The notes beneath the pieces are model-generated. The model had not been told where the DNA came from, made no database searches, and saw only the letters and a list, made by a program, of their open reading frames with translations. A DNA stretch of 62,911 nucleotides, the filler included, from Basidioascus undulatus (taxonomy: Eukaryota), in assembly GCA_000826855.1 (NCBI GenBank). It is 5 parts of 5 records of this genome, joined end to end, with 100 filler letters (N's around TTAATTAATTAA, not from the genome) between each part and the next. Parts side by side here need not be neighbours in the genome. Positions count along the whole stretch, not along the records: positions 37,839 to 50,332 come from JTLS01000901.1; positions 50,433 to 62,911 come from JTLS01000902.1; 3 more parts are not named here. One strand, written 5' to 3'. A program made the position numbers and the translations under genes. This document shows, one piece after another, positions 41,239 to 54,104 of the stretch (position 1 is its first letter; the number at the start of each line of letters is the position of its first letter).

Positions 41239-42397
41239 ATGAAAAGCTTTCTTTCCGTCGAATTCATACTCGACCGCGTGAGCACAAGCGCCGGGACGTT
41301 CTTCCTTCCTCGTGTTCTACGTAACACCCCCAACCTCGGTAGTCTCAGCCTCACGTTCGGACTACCCATCCCAGAAAGCGTGTGGGAGTCTATATCCGCT
41401 ATCAAATCTCTCGAGACCATGTTATCACTTGGTGTTATTTCAATCCTCCTATTGAGAGCACGCTTGACTCACTCGCGCTGGACGTCGCGCTTTTCACAGC
41501 GCCGCGCCCTGTTGATCCTGATACCGTCCCAATGCGGTTGGCACTCAAGAAGAAGATTTAAACTCTGAGTTACCCTTCCAGCGTCACCCTCGAACAGCGC
41601 GATGGCAATAGCTTGATTCTCGTTGCCTCCTCTTCGCCCGTTGCTGCTCCTCCTGCTCCCTTTCTCGCCCGCGTGCACCACATCGCATTCTCGCCAGACT
41701 ATGATACTTTCCCCATGACGCTGGCCGATCCTTCTTTGCATGGGGTTCACGTTGTTCGAAGCGGAGACATTTTCTCAGGGGCTGTGCTGCCCCATCCGGG
41801 CCTCCGAGTGGCCGCAGAGAGTTCTCGGGACCGCAAATTACTTCGCTCAGTGTCGACTTCCCGATGCATGCCGACAACGTCGCAGAGCTCGCTAGATACC
41901 TTCAAGACCTCACTAGTCTTCATATTGCAGTGGAAGGGTATTACACTGAGGATGATGCTGCTTTGTCCTCAGGCGCGTCCAGCGGGGTGTACTTCCTAAG
42001 TTTTGACTGTTATGCTTCAGCGCCGTTCCTGCACCGCTTTCACCTGGCGTTATCTCATTTTCCGCCGGCCTTTTCCCGAACAGGACGAGCTTATGAGGGG
42101 CCTTTCAGCCTTCACCGAGCCCACCACCCTTACCTGCTCCGTTCGCTCGAATGGCTGCATGCCCGCCGGCTTGGCGTGCGCGAACTCCTGCGCAAGCACG
42201 TCGACCTCGCGGAAGCGCTCGCGAGGGCTCTTCCCTACCTCGAAGACATTCGGACCGACTGGGATACTTGCGGTAGTCAAGCGGGGCTGGGAGATAGTGA
42301 GGAGGACGCGGACGAGGTCGAGGTGCTGGAGATGGTGTGGTGGGTGCAAAGGACGCAGGATGGCTTGTTCGAGAGCTTGGTGCTTGAGTTGGAATAA
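41239..42397 (+). CDS. Hypothetical LRR/F-box-like protein, fragmented
   Basis: TPNLGSLSL, LQDLTSLHI, AEALARALPYLEDI...WWVQR. The frame is discontinuous and the start uncertain. Confidence 0.45.
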
Positions 42398-43928
42398 CTG
42401 ATGGTGTCGATCAGGTCACGAATAGTCTTTATAGATGTGATCACTTTAGAGAGTGCGGTTGCAACAGCCCGCCGCCAGTGTAAAAAATGTCTTGTCAATA
42501 GAGCTGGTGGTGCTACAGCTTTGTTTAGTACTTTGCCTTAGCTTGTCGGGAGAAGAAGCGTCCGGTGGTATGTTGCTGAGATTGGTAGCACCCAAAGAAA
42601 CCAGGCTTTATCTGTCACATTTCCCGGGAATTGTGATGCTGGTCCTGTGTGATATGGAAAACGCACGCTCTGAGCCCTGTTCTCAACGTGAAGCAACTGC
42701 TTATGGGGTGTGCCTCAAAGGAAGCCTTTCTTCTTAACACTTTCCAAGACTTTGCTGATCCAAGACCTTGTATCAATGAAAAGTAGGCGGCGACTTGGCA
42801 TAACAAGCACCGCGACACTGCGGACATCTGTCACAGGATGGCCTACCGCTGCTTCTCTTTCTGACTAAGCTCAAACACAAGATGAACATACTGGACTCTC
42901 AGCTTGAAAGACTTGAGGTTGCAGTTTCCGTGATTGCCCACAATGCCCTCTTTTCCTTTACGATCTCGTTGCGAACCGGTTGTTCCGCTCGCTCTTTAAA
43001 GCTCATGCAGCTGCGTGGTGGAGAACGGTCAAGTCATCATTCACTCTTCCCTGCATTCTTGGGATAACAGCCCCTTCACTACAGCATCGCAGTCACTCCC
43101 AGCACAGTCGCGCTCAGCAACGACCCTCGACCCGCAACCGAACCGCTGCAGCAACAGCTTGGCATGAGCGCTGTTCCTGAATTTAGACCTTGTGGGGTGG
43201 AGTAGCCCTGAGTACCAAGTCCAAGGACATCGTCGAAGGCCACGTTCGACTAAATTTTTTTGTCGCAGTCGCTTCGAGAGAAAGCGCAGAAAGAAAGAAA
43301 AAAGAACGTGCACGGTGGTGAAGCAAAGGGACGCACCGCGGCAGCGGCAGGGACCGGCGCCCATTCTCCACAGCGTCGCACCTTGTCGATATGAAACGCT
43401 TTGACCTCCGTTCATTTTCTCAGTGGCAGCCACGCTGCGCCCTGCATCGCTTTCACCGCTGCATGGCACGGCCAAGGTCCCATTGGTGCAGGCAGAGCAT
43501 TCCAGATGCAAAACAGAGCGCACATGGATCCTGTATATGCAGGCTAGTCGACGACGGGCCGTACTCCCTCCATTGTCAAGGTTCGAGCTTGAGGCGATGC
43601 TCCTCATGGCCGCACGCTGGCCGCACGCGTCCATCGCCATCGCGGCCGGGGGAGGCGATTCCGTTGCCGGCGCACGGCCAGCCGCCAGGGCTACGCAGCT
43701 TTAGCGGAGACTAGGGCGGTCGTGCTACTACTGACGTTCGGATCTTGACCGACTTTGGGCAAGAGGATTGGCCGATTCTGGTTAGCGATGCATCTTGATC
43801 ATCTACTTCCACCAGCGCGGCCTTCCTTATTCTCCACATGGGCCCTAACTGACCGCCCACAGCAATCTCCCTCTCCCATATTCTTCCTCCACCCCGCATC
43901 GAGCTCATCCTCACCGCCATAGCTGACC

Positions 43929-46630
43929 ATGGCCGCATCGCTCGCTGCGCCTGCCGGGCTGAGCGGGCATACCTTTGGGCGGAGCTGGCTTGAAGATGTG
44001 AGTATCATTGTTGATTATCGAGGGGAGACCGAGGCGCAATCGGGGCCGTCGTTGCTCAAGAGCGGGACTGTCATGTCTCGGTGGGCGACCCGACACGCCT
44101 TGTTTACAACCGCGCCCTACTTTCATCGTGCTCTCCCTGCCGCGGATGTTGCCTTCAATCTCCCAACATTCCTCGGTCCAGGGCCGCTGCTCACTGAGAT
44201 TCCACTCTTGTTCCCATCGCAGGAGGCATTCCCACCTCCTCCGCCGCCCCCGAAATCTCCCATTCGACCTCCGCCATCTCCTGCCTCCCGCACACCTTCG
44301 ACGCACTCTACACCCACAAACCCCGCGTTCCAAATTCCACTGTCTCTCTCGGCGTTCCTCTCCCGCTCCCGCTCATCCACGCCCTCAAATACCTCCGCAT
44401 CGACAGCAGCAACTCCCTCTCCTCCCTCTCCGCACTCACCTCCCCCTACTCTACCCGACAAGTCACCGCCTCCGCCTCTCGCAGACGCGGACAGTCGCGA
44501 CGGCGCAGACCTCCGCCTGAGCATCTCCTCGACCCTCTCCTCAGCCATCATCTTCAACGAAGAGTCAGGCTCATTCGTGACCGGCGCCCTCCCGCGCGCT
44601 TCCCTCGACTCGCCCACCCCAGCTCCCATGCCCTCCGCCTCAGCCCTCTTCGCCTCCCGCCCACATCCCGAAACCCCCACGCAGCTCCGACCCATCAGCA
44701 CGCTGAGCACGCTGAGCACGCTCTCGGCGCTCGAGGCTGAAATCGGGCGCGCCGAACGCGCGGTCTTTAGTCGCGCGAGTGCGACAACGACGACGACTGC
44801 CGGGACGAGCAGCAGCCGCAGCTCAGGCAGCACAGACGAGCTTGGCCCGATAGGGTCCTTGGAAGGCGGCGCTGGGAGGAAAAAGGGCGGGGCATGGAAG
44901 AAGTTGACCAGGGCTGCGAGCGTGTTGAGGTCGGGACGAGGCGAGAGCGCAGGAGGAGGGACATCGTCCTCGGCCAACTCGTCCCCTGCGTCCAGGGTGC
45001 GCTTTCATTTGATTTGTCAACATGTTTCATGGCAAGGCTGATCCTCCTTCCATTCCGATTCTCAACACAGTCCCGCCTCTTCGCGCCCCTCCGCCTCCCC
45101 TCGCGCAGCACGTCCTCCCTCATTCCCTCGCGCTCTCCCGACCCCAGCGCCGCCTCCTCCATCCCCGCTCGTCCCAGCACGCCCACAACGCTCGCGCAGT
45201 TCTTCGCGACGCGCCGGCCGTCCGCGCCCGTGATCAACACTCCCACGCAGACGCATTTCGGGCATGACAGCGGGCGGCGAGGCAGCTTGCCCGGCACGCC
45301 GACGACTGCGCGCCCACCCACGGAGCAGCGGCCGGCTTCCCCCACCCGGACAACAACGGCACCGGGGACCCCCTCCCTCACGACGTCCACCTCCGCCCAA
45401 TCTCTCTCCACCTCTTCTTCCTCCGCCCACTCGCCTCTCACTCCTCCACGACACCCCCGCACGATCATGAGCCCCGCGGAGTTCGACGCAGCGTACACCA
45501 CCGCGAAGCAGCAGGTCTCGCGCCCGCTCCTGCCTCCGCCCCCCAGCGGCCCGGCCGAGTTCGGGCTCGCGCTGGGCCCGCTCCCGCCGCCGCCGCCGCG
45601 CTGCTCTGCAAAGCTGCAGCGGCCGTTGTCGACTGCCGAGTCGGAGGACGGGGAGAAGGAGCGCGTATTTGTCGATCTCGACACGTGGAAGAAGGAACTC
45701 AGCATTTCGGGCAGCGACATCTATGGGCGCTCGATGGAGCGTGAGCGCAGGCGGCAGGCCAGCCGCTCGGCGAGCAATAGCTGGAGCACCGCAGCGACAT
45801 CGGACGAGGCTCCCGTGCTGCCGCCCCTCCCCCTCACGGATCCCCCCATCGTCCTCTCCCCCTTTCCGACTCACCTCCTCCCCGCTTCTACCGCGTCCGA
45901 CAACATCTGCGAGCGCTCAGGCTCATTATCCTCTTTCGTGGGTCGACCTTCTCCCATCCCCGTTCTATATCATGTCAGGCACATGCTTACCGAACCCCGC
46001 GACCTCCCGCAGTCCGCGAAACCCCGCAAAAAGGCGCCCCCTGCGCCACTCAACCTATCCACCGCCCCCTCCTGTTCGCCCACATCCACCTCCGTCACCG
46101 CAGCCCCGCTCCCCTCTGCCTTCGTCGCTCGGCCCGCCGTCCTCGTCCGGCGCGCTACGGACGCCTCACGCGTGTCGCCGCTTACGGCGGAGGGCTCCGA
46201 CGTCGAAGCCGACGGGGATGACGGGGATGAGGGCTTCCCCCTCCCGCCGCAGCGGCTTATTGCGCAGACCCCGAGGGGACTCGAGTCTCAGGTGTCTCCG
46301 TTGGTCGAGGTTCGTCCTATTCCCTTTCCCCGCTCTTCATATCCTAAGCAACCCTGCTCATACCCCACGCTCCACCAGCGCTTCCCCGCGAACCTCAGCA
46401 GCTCCCAGAGTCTCGCCCCGCGGCACAGCGTCGCCGCGCTCAACGGCGGCGCCAAGAGCGCATTCGTGACGACTACGACCTTTGCTGAGGTGTTCACGCT
46501 CGCGGAGGATGAGCGCGCGACGCTCGCCGCGTGGGCTGACTTGCTCGGTCCTTCGGCGGGGGAGAGGGAGAGGGAGACAGAGGGCGACGAGGAGGCAAGG
46601 AAGAAGGCCCGGCGGGTTAGCCTTGGGTAA
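43929..46630 (+). CDS. Pro/Ser/Thr-rich low-complexity hypothetical protein (intron 44997-45070)
   Basis: Two long ORFs (370 and 578 aa) are joined in frame by a GT..AG intron. No recognisable domain. Confidence 0.65.
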
Positions 46631-47118
46631 TTGGGAGGTGGGAGTCGCCGCATCGTGACGCTGTATGAGGCACCGCTTCTTCTGGTTCTGCATTTCTCTT
46701 CCCGTGCTTTCACTCATTTGCATACCCTCGCTAGTTTATTTCTTGGCGCATTCAATTCGTTACCCCTCCCTATCATTCATCCTACCCATGACATCGATAC
46801 CTCGCTGTACCACATAGCACGCACTCTCATTCTTCACATCCTACCTCGATATCCTCAATTCTGGCGTCACTGTCTTGTGTTGATTTGTGTAACCTGCAGT
46901 CGTTGGCTTGTTCGCTTTCGCATACACTGTTATATGGTTTAGAGACGCTGCGGGCCAGCAAACATCACACAGAGCGTCGATTGGGATTGCGATTCATCAG
47001 ATACCAATGCGAGATGTGAATGGTAAGTATAAATGCTATAAGACAACAACATTAACGCGTATCCACTGAAAGACCGGAAGGAAAAATCGAATTGATGCGA
47101 AGGAGTGTAAATAGTTAA

Positions 47119-50100
47119 CTAAGAAGACCACTCTCCGCCGCTCGCGAGCGTGAAGAAGCTCCCCCGCGAAGCCATGAGCGACTCGTAGTCGCCCTGCTCG
47201 ACGATGCGCCCGTCCTGAACGACGATGATGCGGTCGCACATCTGCATGTCGGGCAGCTTGTGCGTGACGACGACCGTCGTGCGGCCCTCCTTGACCGCCA
47301 TCACCGTGTCCATTACCGCGCGCGCGTTCTCTGCGTCCAGCGCGCTCGTGCATTCGTCGAGAATGAGCATCCGAGCATCGCGCGCGAGCGCCCGCGCGAT
47401 CTGCAGGCGCTGCGCCTGCCCACCCGAGATGAGGGACGCGTTCTCGCCGAGGACGGTGTCGTAGCCGTTCGGCAGGCCGAGAATGAAGTCGTGCACGTTT
47501 GCGGCTTTGGCGGCGCGCACAATCTGGGCGTGCGGGAGCGGCGCAGAGGAGCCGTACGTGATGTTCTCCGTGACGGAGACGTCGAAGAGCGCCGAGTGCT
47601 GCGAGACGACGGCGATGTGGTTCCGTAGCCAGCGCACGTCCGTCTGACCGAGCGCGTACTGCGCCCCACTGCCGGAGTCGAGCAGGATCTCGCCCGAGCT
47701 CGGCTCGTACAGCCGCTGGAGAAGCGCGGCGATCGTGGACTTGCCCGAGCCCGAGCCGCCGACGACTGCGACACACTCGCCCTCGCGTAAGGAGAGCGAC
47801 ACGTCCTTGAGCACGGTCACGCCTGGCCGCGTCGGGTACGCGAAGGAGACGTTCGTGAAGTTCACTGCGCCAGTGATGGGGTAGCGGCGCGTGCCGTGCA
47901 ACTCGGAAGTCTCGGTCGGGAGTTGGAGAAGGCGCTTGACGTCCGTCGCGCCCTGGCATGCCTTGCTGATGGCGGGGACTGTGGAGCGCGAGGGGACTCA
48001 GTTAGGCGATGCGGTTGTAGCATGGTTTGGGAGACGTACTGGAAGCAAGAGCTTGGGAACCCATGGTAATCGAGAACATGACGATGCTGAAGACCTCGAG
48101 CATCTTGGGGTAGTTGAAGATGCCCTTAATGATGAACATCGCGCCAATGTAGAACATGAGAGCTGCAAAAGCACTATTGTCAGGCGAAGGATTCTTGGGA
48201 AGGAAAATGCAAGTCGGCAATTCAACGAACCTTGGGCGAGGTACACCAGCGTAGTGACCGCCCCGAAACCGATGCCGTAGATGGGCGCCGAGCGAACCCC
48301 GGTGCGACGAGCAGACTTGGCGCCCTGCTGGAACTTGTCGAGGAAGACACGCTCGAGGGCCATGGCGCGGATGCCGCGAATGTTGCTGACCATCTAAACG
48401 GGAACGGAGTCAGCCTTCGAACAAGCACAACCACGGAGAGGTAGGATGCCCGCCCACCTCGTAGAACGCCCGGGAAATCGCCTCGCGCTTGCGCTTGATG
48501 CGCCCCTCCCACTTGCCGACCGCAGCCGCCTGCGCGCCCATGACGACGAGGAAGACCGGCGCGAGAGCGATGCCGACGAGGGTGAGCTGCCAGCCAACGA
48601 CGAGGGCCCAGACGATGCCGAGGAGAATCATGGTGACGACGACGGTGAGCGTGCCGATGCAGTGGCTGATGAGCAGGCGCGCGTCCTCCGAGTCCTTGAC
48701 GATGAGCTGCACGAGCGCCGCCGCGCCGTTCTCGCGCTCGTCGAACCACGCCTTGTCCTGTGCGAGCGCGAGGCGCGCCGCGCGCGTGCGCACGCGGATG
48801 ATCCACGCGTTCGCGACGAACTCGAGCAGCGCCTGCTGCGCGAAGGTGGAGAAGCCGCTGATGGCGGCGATGAGGAGGACGAGGAGCGAGTAGAACGTGA
48901 AGTCGGATGCGGTGGATGTGGGGGACGCGAGGAGGCTGAGGACCTTAGAGAAAAAGTAGGAGAAGACGGGCGTCGTCGCGCCGTGGACGAGCGCGGTGAG
49001 GATGCCGAGGAAGAAGACGGGCTTGTACGGGATGTCACGCCAGTTGTTGCGCAGCACCTGCACGGCCGAGTCGCACCTGCGCGCATCCGCCGCGGCGTAC
49101 TCGTTCGGACCCGCGGCACCGCCATCCTTCTCGTCATCCCGCTGGACCTTGACGTCCTCGAGCTCAGCGGGGAGCCACTTCCTCCGCGTGGTCAACCCGA
49201 GCCGGCGCTGCGCCAGAACCGCGTCTCCCGCCTTCTCGAGCACGAGGCGCTCCTCGGACTCGCTCGGCCCGACCGGTAGCGGAGGCCGTGCGCTCAAGCG
49301 GCGGCTCTGTCGGGAGGGGAAGCCGCCGAAGGACTGGCGGGTCGGGCTCGGGCTGTCGGGCTGCGCGCCGAGGAAGGACGTGTTGAGGACCTGCCATGCG
49401 GACTGCCGGCGGAGGTACGACGGCTTGGTTCTGCCGCTGGGGACGGGCAAGCCTTGGAGGCTTTGGCGATGGTACGACGTGAGGATGTCCAAGTAGCTCG
49501 AGATGGGGCGAGTGGGCGAGGGGCTCGGCGGCTCGAGCTGCTGGATCATCATCGGCTCGGCGTCATAGTAGAGGACCTCCTGCATCTCGAGCTCGCCGTC
49601 GTGCTTGGGCGCGGCGACGTTGTTGACGTAGATCGCGGGCGCCGCGCGGCGGGCGTTGGCGTTCACCAGCGCACGGAACTCGCCTGCCGGGTTCAGCTCG
49701 AGGTCGGCGCGGAAGCCTTGGTCGACGACCTGGCCGTGCTTCATGTGGTAGACGAAGTCGTCCGCGGAGACTTGGGCGACGTCGTGCGTGATCACGATCG
49801 TCGTCTTGTTCTTTCGCCACGTTTTGACGGCCTCGTGAATGAGCAGACGCGAGGTTGCGTCGAGCGCAGAGGTCGCTTCGTCTGTTGAACGCGAACGAAG
49901 AATAGATGTCCGAAGTCAGAAAACATACACGGCAAGCTTTACGGAAGAGAGATGGGAAAGGAAGCGTGCGTACCGAGAATAAGGACGTCAGGATCCCGCA
50001 GCCTCGCGCGAGCGATCGCCAGACGCTGCTTCTGGCCACCGCTGAGGTCGGCGCCGCCGTTGCCAAGGATAGTCTCGTACCCGTCCGGCAAGTCGCGCAC

Positions 50101-50332
50101 AAAGTCGTGCATGAGCGCTGTCCGACAAGCCGCGACGACCTCCTCCCTGCTCGCGCGCGCGGGGGTGCGGCCGTCCGCGCACCCGGCCAGGCCGAGCGCG
50201 ACGTTGTCGTGCACGGACACGGGGAAGAGGATGACGTCCTGGGATACGGCGGCAATGTGCGCGCGCGTGTAGTCCGGGTCGAGGTGCGCGAAGCTCTGGT
50301 CGTCGAGCTCGATCGAGCCCGCCTGCGGCTCG
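47119..50332 (-). CDS. Full-size ABCB/MDR transporter, Ste6/Mam1 pheromone-exporter-like; 5' part in gap
   Basis: NBD1 LSGGQKQRLAIARA...LIL|DEATSALD, TMD2 (QDKAWFD...KDSEDAR, LVVGWQLTLVG), NBD2 GGSGSGKST, ISGGQAQRLQIARAL, LDECTSALD. The QAQRLQIARAL and DECTS variants resemble Ste6-type exporters. Confidence 0.88.
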
Positions 50333-50432
50333 NNNNNNNNNNNNNNNNNNNNNNNNNNNNNNNNNNNNNNNNNNNNTTAATTAATTAANNNNNNNNNNNN
50401 NNNNNNNNNNNNNNNNNNNNNNNNNNNNNNNN

Positions 50433-50923
50433 TCGATCTGCACGGAAGTGTGGGCGATGCGTGACGGTCGCCTCGAGGCGTCCGGCCACAACTGGGTCGA
50501 GGGCCAGGGCTCTGGGTGCGTCCTTCTCCCCGATCATTATCGTCCTTTTTTCATTCGTGATCGTGTGCGCTGACGGTGCGATGGTGCGTGTGAAACAGCC
50601 CCCGTATCGACACCAAGAAGGAGGACGAGGAGGACCAGTTCGACGCGATGGGCAACAAGATCGAGAAGGCCAAGAAAGCAAAGAAGCTCGTATGTCGCGT
50701 CTGATTTGTGGAATGCTGAGCGTTGTGGACACACCGTTGACGGTCACTTTTCCCTCCCTCGCCCCCACAGTCCTCCGCTGAGGCTCGCAAGGCCAAGAAG
50801 GAGCGCATTGCCCGCCGCAAGCGCGGTGAGGAGGTCTTCACCGACGAGGAGCGTAAGTAACAACAGCATATTTTCATGTTGGAAAGACTTTGAAGCTCAC
50901 ATTTGCGCGCCCCCGCAGTCTGA
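50433..50923 (+). CDS. yef3: Translation elongation factor 3 (eEF3), C-terminal exons only
   Basis: CTEVWAMRDGRLEASGHNWVEGQGS|..PRID...FDAMGNKI...KKL|SSAEARKAKKERIARRKRGEEV matches the characteristic eEF3 C-terminus. Confidence 0.92.
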
Positions 50924-51249
50924 GCGCCTCCGTCCTGGGCCCTTCTACCCTTCTCTTCACTCTTCATTACCCCTTCGCCTTCTCTCGCGGTTTCCTTCAT
51001 TTGTTCATCTCTTTCTCTGTTTCTGCATCTCTCTTCTTTTTACTACCCTTTTGCATCTGTCCCGCGCCATGTTACTTGTACACTCCCTAGTCCCCCACCA
51101 AAAGGCTACCGACCCCCTCCCCGACCCTCGATACGCGATCACGATAGACTGGTTACGCGGTTTCTTACGGTGTGTTTGCCTGCCCAGCAGTAGTATGTGT
51201 GCTTGGCGGTTTGGCTCCCTAGCGTTCAAAGAGCGCAGCGGGCGCTTGC

Positions 51250-52420
51250 CGTTCGTGTCGACGTTGCGAAGTTGCACTCGGGTAAACTTGATCATGGGAA
51301 TAAAGCCCAGGAACCAACCTCTTCCGAATTCTACATTTGCTGATGGTTCACGATTGCAAACTCGACGACCCGGTGTTAGCGCTTCAAAGGACATCCATGC
51401 GTACAGCGACCGTCCGCCAGGGGCTGAACTGAATCGCGACCGTCGGCCAGCAGCTGACTAGCCTGCAAGGGTAATGTCTAAGGGTAAAGCGTGACCATTT
51501 GATAGACTAGGCTTTTGATATCCTTCAGAGGTCTTGTGTTCATTCTCGGCGTCTCATGCCGATTTGAATGGCAAACGGTTGCGATGATGACCGTCCGCTG
51601 TAAGGGTTCATTAGGTCATTATTGATCTTCCTGAAGCCACCGCCCCAGCACTCCTGGGTGAAAACAACTAGCTCAGGGGAATCTCGCGTGTTTGGTCGGG
51701 TCAGAAGCAGAAGGTAACATTCCACGGGGCGAAGCGCAGACGAAGCGGCCAGGAGCTCAAGTTCGAAACTGGCCGGTTCGCATTGAGACCCTGTTCACAT
51801 TCCCCGTTTTATAATGACTTGAAGGAGTGGCCAGTAAGCTTCTGTCTCGAAGATAAGGCATCTGGTTGCGGTTGAGGCGAACAACGCCGCTTGGGGTGAA
51901 GCGATCGATTGGGATTTTCAAGCGACCGCGGTAGTCCATTTCGTGACCGTCCGCTAGCACTCAAGCATCCACCACCCTCCGTCCAATTGCAATTCACCGT
52001 TTCGGTCTCATACGTAAAGGTTTCTTAAACTTCTCATTCCAAAGTCTTACGCATCTCGCATCTCGCAGTCTACCAAGCTCCCGCCACCGCCTTCAGCTGC
52101 TGCTGCTCGTTCTCTGCCCCTAATTTAGCCTTTGTCCATTTCTGTATTTTACCACCTTCATTACCGTCTTTTTCCTACTACACTTCCTTGGGGATCCGTA
52201 CTCGTTCTGACTGTATCTCTTTTTCACTTTCTGAAAACCCCGGCGGACGGACGTCCAATCTGAAACAGCTGGCGGAAGGCCGCCTCAGCTGAAGAACACG
52301 ACGCTGGCCAGTCTTGCGGTGCAGTATGCAATGTGAATAGGCTGCTGGAGGGCGGTGGACTACCGCTCTGAAGCGCCTGGCGGACGGTCGCCCAGGCTGA
52401 AAAACACGATGCCGGCCAGC
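51250..52420 (+). repeat. Dispersed repeat copy A (non-autonomous TE-like, internal GACCGTCCGCC / GGCGGACGGTC motifs)
   Basis: Reverse-complement similarity to ~61870-62911. 51250-51460 is nearly identical to 62700-62911; the remainder is clearly diverged. Confidence 0.85.
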
Positions 52421-53009
52421 AGACTGTGTGGGCTGAATATCAGTCGATGGAATCCTATTTCAGAGACCAACGAAGACCGTCTCGTATGGTCGCCACATAT
52501 CTAGTTGAATTCGGGAGTGGATCAGAGCAAGGAAACCGCATGGCGTGCGGCTCTGGCGGTCGGCTCGTCATTGCGGGTTGTGTAATACGCTTTCCTCGGA
52601 CTTGGCAGTGGTCAGGCTTAGGGGCAAGTTGAAGTGTTGATTGACTGAGCGGTTGAGGGCGGCCTTTGGGAATGCAATCTCGTATACTTTCGAGACCAAG
52701 TCTAATCGTGTGCTGGGCAGCTTGTGAATGAGTGAATAACATCGGCCTTCCTTCACCCAGAGTCACGGCCGAAGGTCATCCAGTGGTGTCCGCTGCGGAC
52801 ATTTACGAAGCATCGGGTTGCAGCAGTTCGCATTCCGGATCAACAGACTAAGAGAGTGTAAATCAGGGTATATATTGGTGTCTATTGGTATCAAGATGGC
52901 ATGCAGCGGATGCGCATTGTGCGCCGAAAGCCGAGAAAACAAAAACAGGAAGACGGAAAGATATGGCGTTGAATGTCGATTTTATGGAAGATTAGGGGCT
53001 CTCTAGAGA

Positions 53010-54104
53010 TTAATTAGTTCCTGGTGAATGATCGTGCATAAGAATGAACTGATCGCTTTGCATGTTCGGATAAAGAGACGCACAAACAGGAACGCAAGAC
53101 AGGCTGCGGAGAGAGAGGCGGTAGCCGGGCTTGCACTTGGTGACGCTGCACCTGTAAGAAGAAGAACATGTCAGCTTTGTTGAACCTGGACCATGGTTAA
53201 TGTCAGAACTCACTTCGACTTAATGCACTCCATGCCGAAGGTGTCGACGCCCTTAGTCACCTTAGCGAGGGCGAGGCAGTTGAGACCCGTGCCCATGCTG
53301 GCGCATCCACCGCAAGACTCGAGCTCGGTGCGAGTCTATAGCCGAGAAGCATTTCGTCAGGAAGTTCTATTCACCTCGGAAACAACAAGAAGGCGCAATG
53401 GCACTCACGTCCAGGCACTCAAACGCTTCAGGCCCCTTGTTAGCGATTGGGCAGCGGGTAGTCTTGTGGGGGCAGGATGAAAGAGGGCCGTCCACCATAA
53501 TAGCCTGGGAGAGGTGACGCTTGCGAGCGGATGGTTGGGCGCAGGTGCACTGCGAGGGCGACGTAGGCGAGAGGGAGGGGTTGCGAGGGCAAGCACCGCC
53601 GTCGGTGTTGACGTTGAGGATCTGCAAATGCAGTACACTGAGATTAGCTCTAGACTCTCTTGGATCACTCTATAAAGGAAATGAAAACTCACAGCGGTCA
53701 GGGCGGCGTCAGCCGGGACATCGAGGTACAGAGGCACAGTAATGGGAAGTCCCAAGCCGCTCACTGTTGACCAGTTGTAAGAGCACGGAAGTGAAGAGAA
53801 ATAACACTTAAATTTGGGACTCACAAAGCTGTACACTGGCAGTAACTTGAGCGATGTTGTTCGTGGCACCGTTGAGGGCCTCCGCGCAAAGGCAGACGTT
53901 GGCGACGCCATTGAGGAACTCCACAAGGCCACCGGTGGCGTCTGCGACGGCGTTTAGGACCAGGTTGTCGTTACCGATACCGAGGGAAACCCCAGCAATG
54001 CTGCCAAGAGCGACAGTGGCACAGACGTCCGCGAGCTGAGCCTGTACAGCAAAGGGGGAAGCCAGGAGAAAGGCAAAGGCGGGAAGGGAGCGAGTGAAGC
54101 GCAT
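53010..54104 (-). CDS. Secreted Cys-rich PriA/Cpl1-like protein
   Basis: Signal peptide, CLC motif, KR site, then CP...CPI...FECLD|TRTELESCGGC...GLNC...C..|CSVTKCKPGY. The 3' end is approximate. Confidence 0.82.

Noticed and set aside
47119..50332. Mating-type locus suggested by the Ste6-like exporter
   Set aside because: No pheromone receptor, CAAX pheromone precursor or homeodomain gene was recognised in the window.
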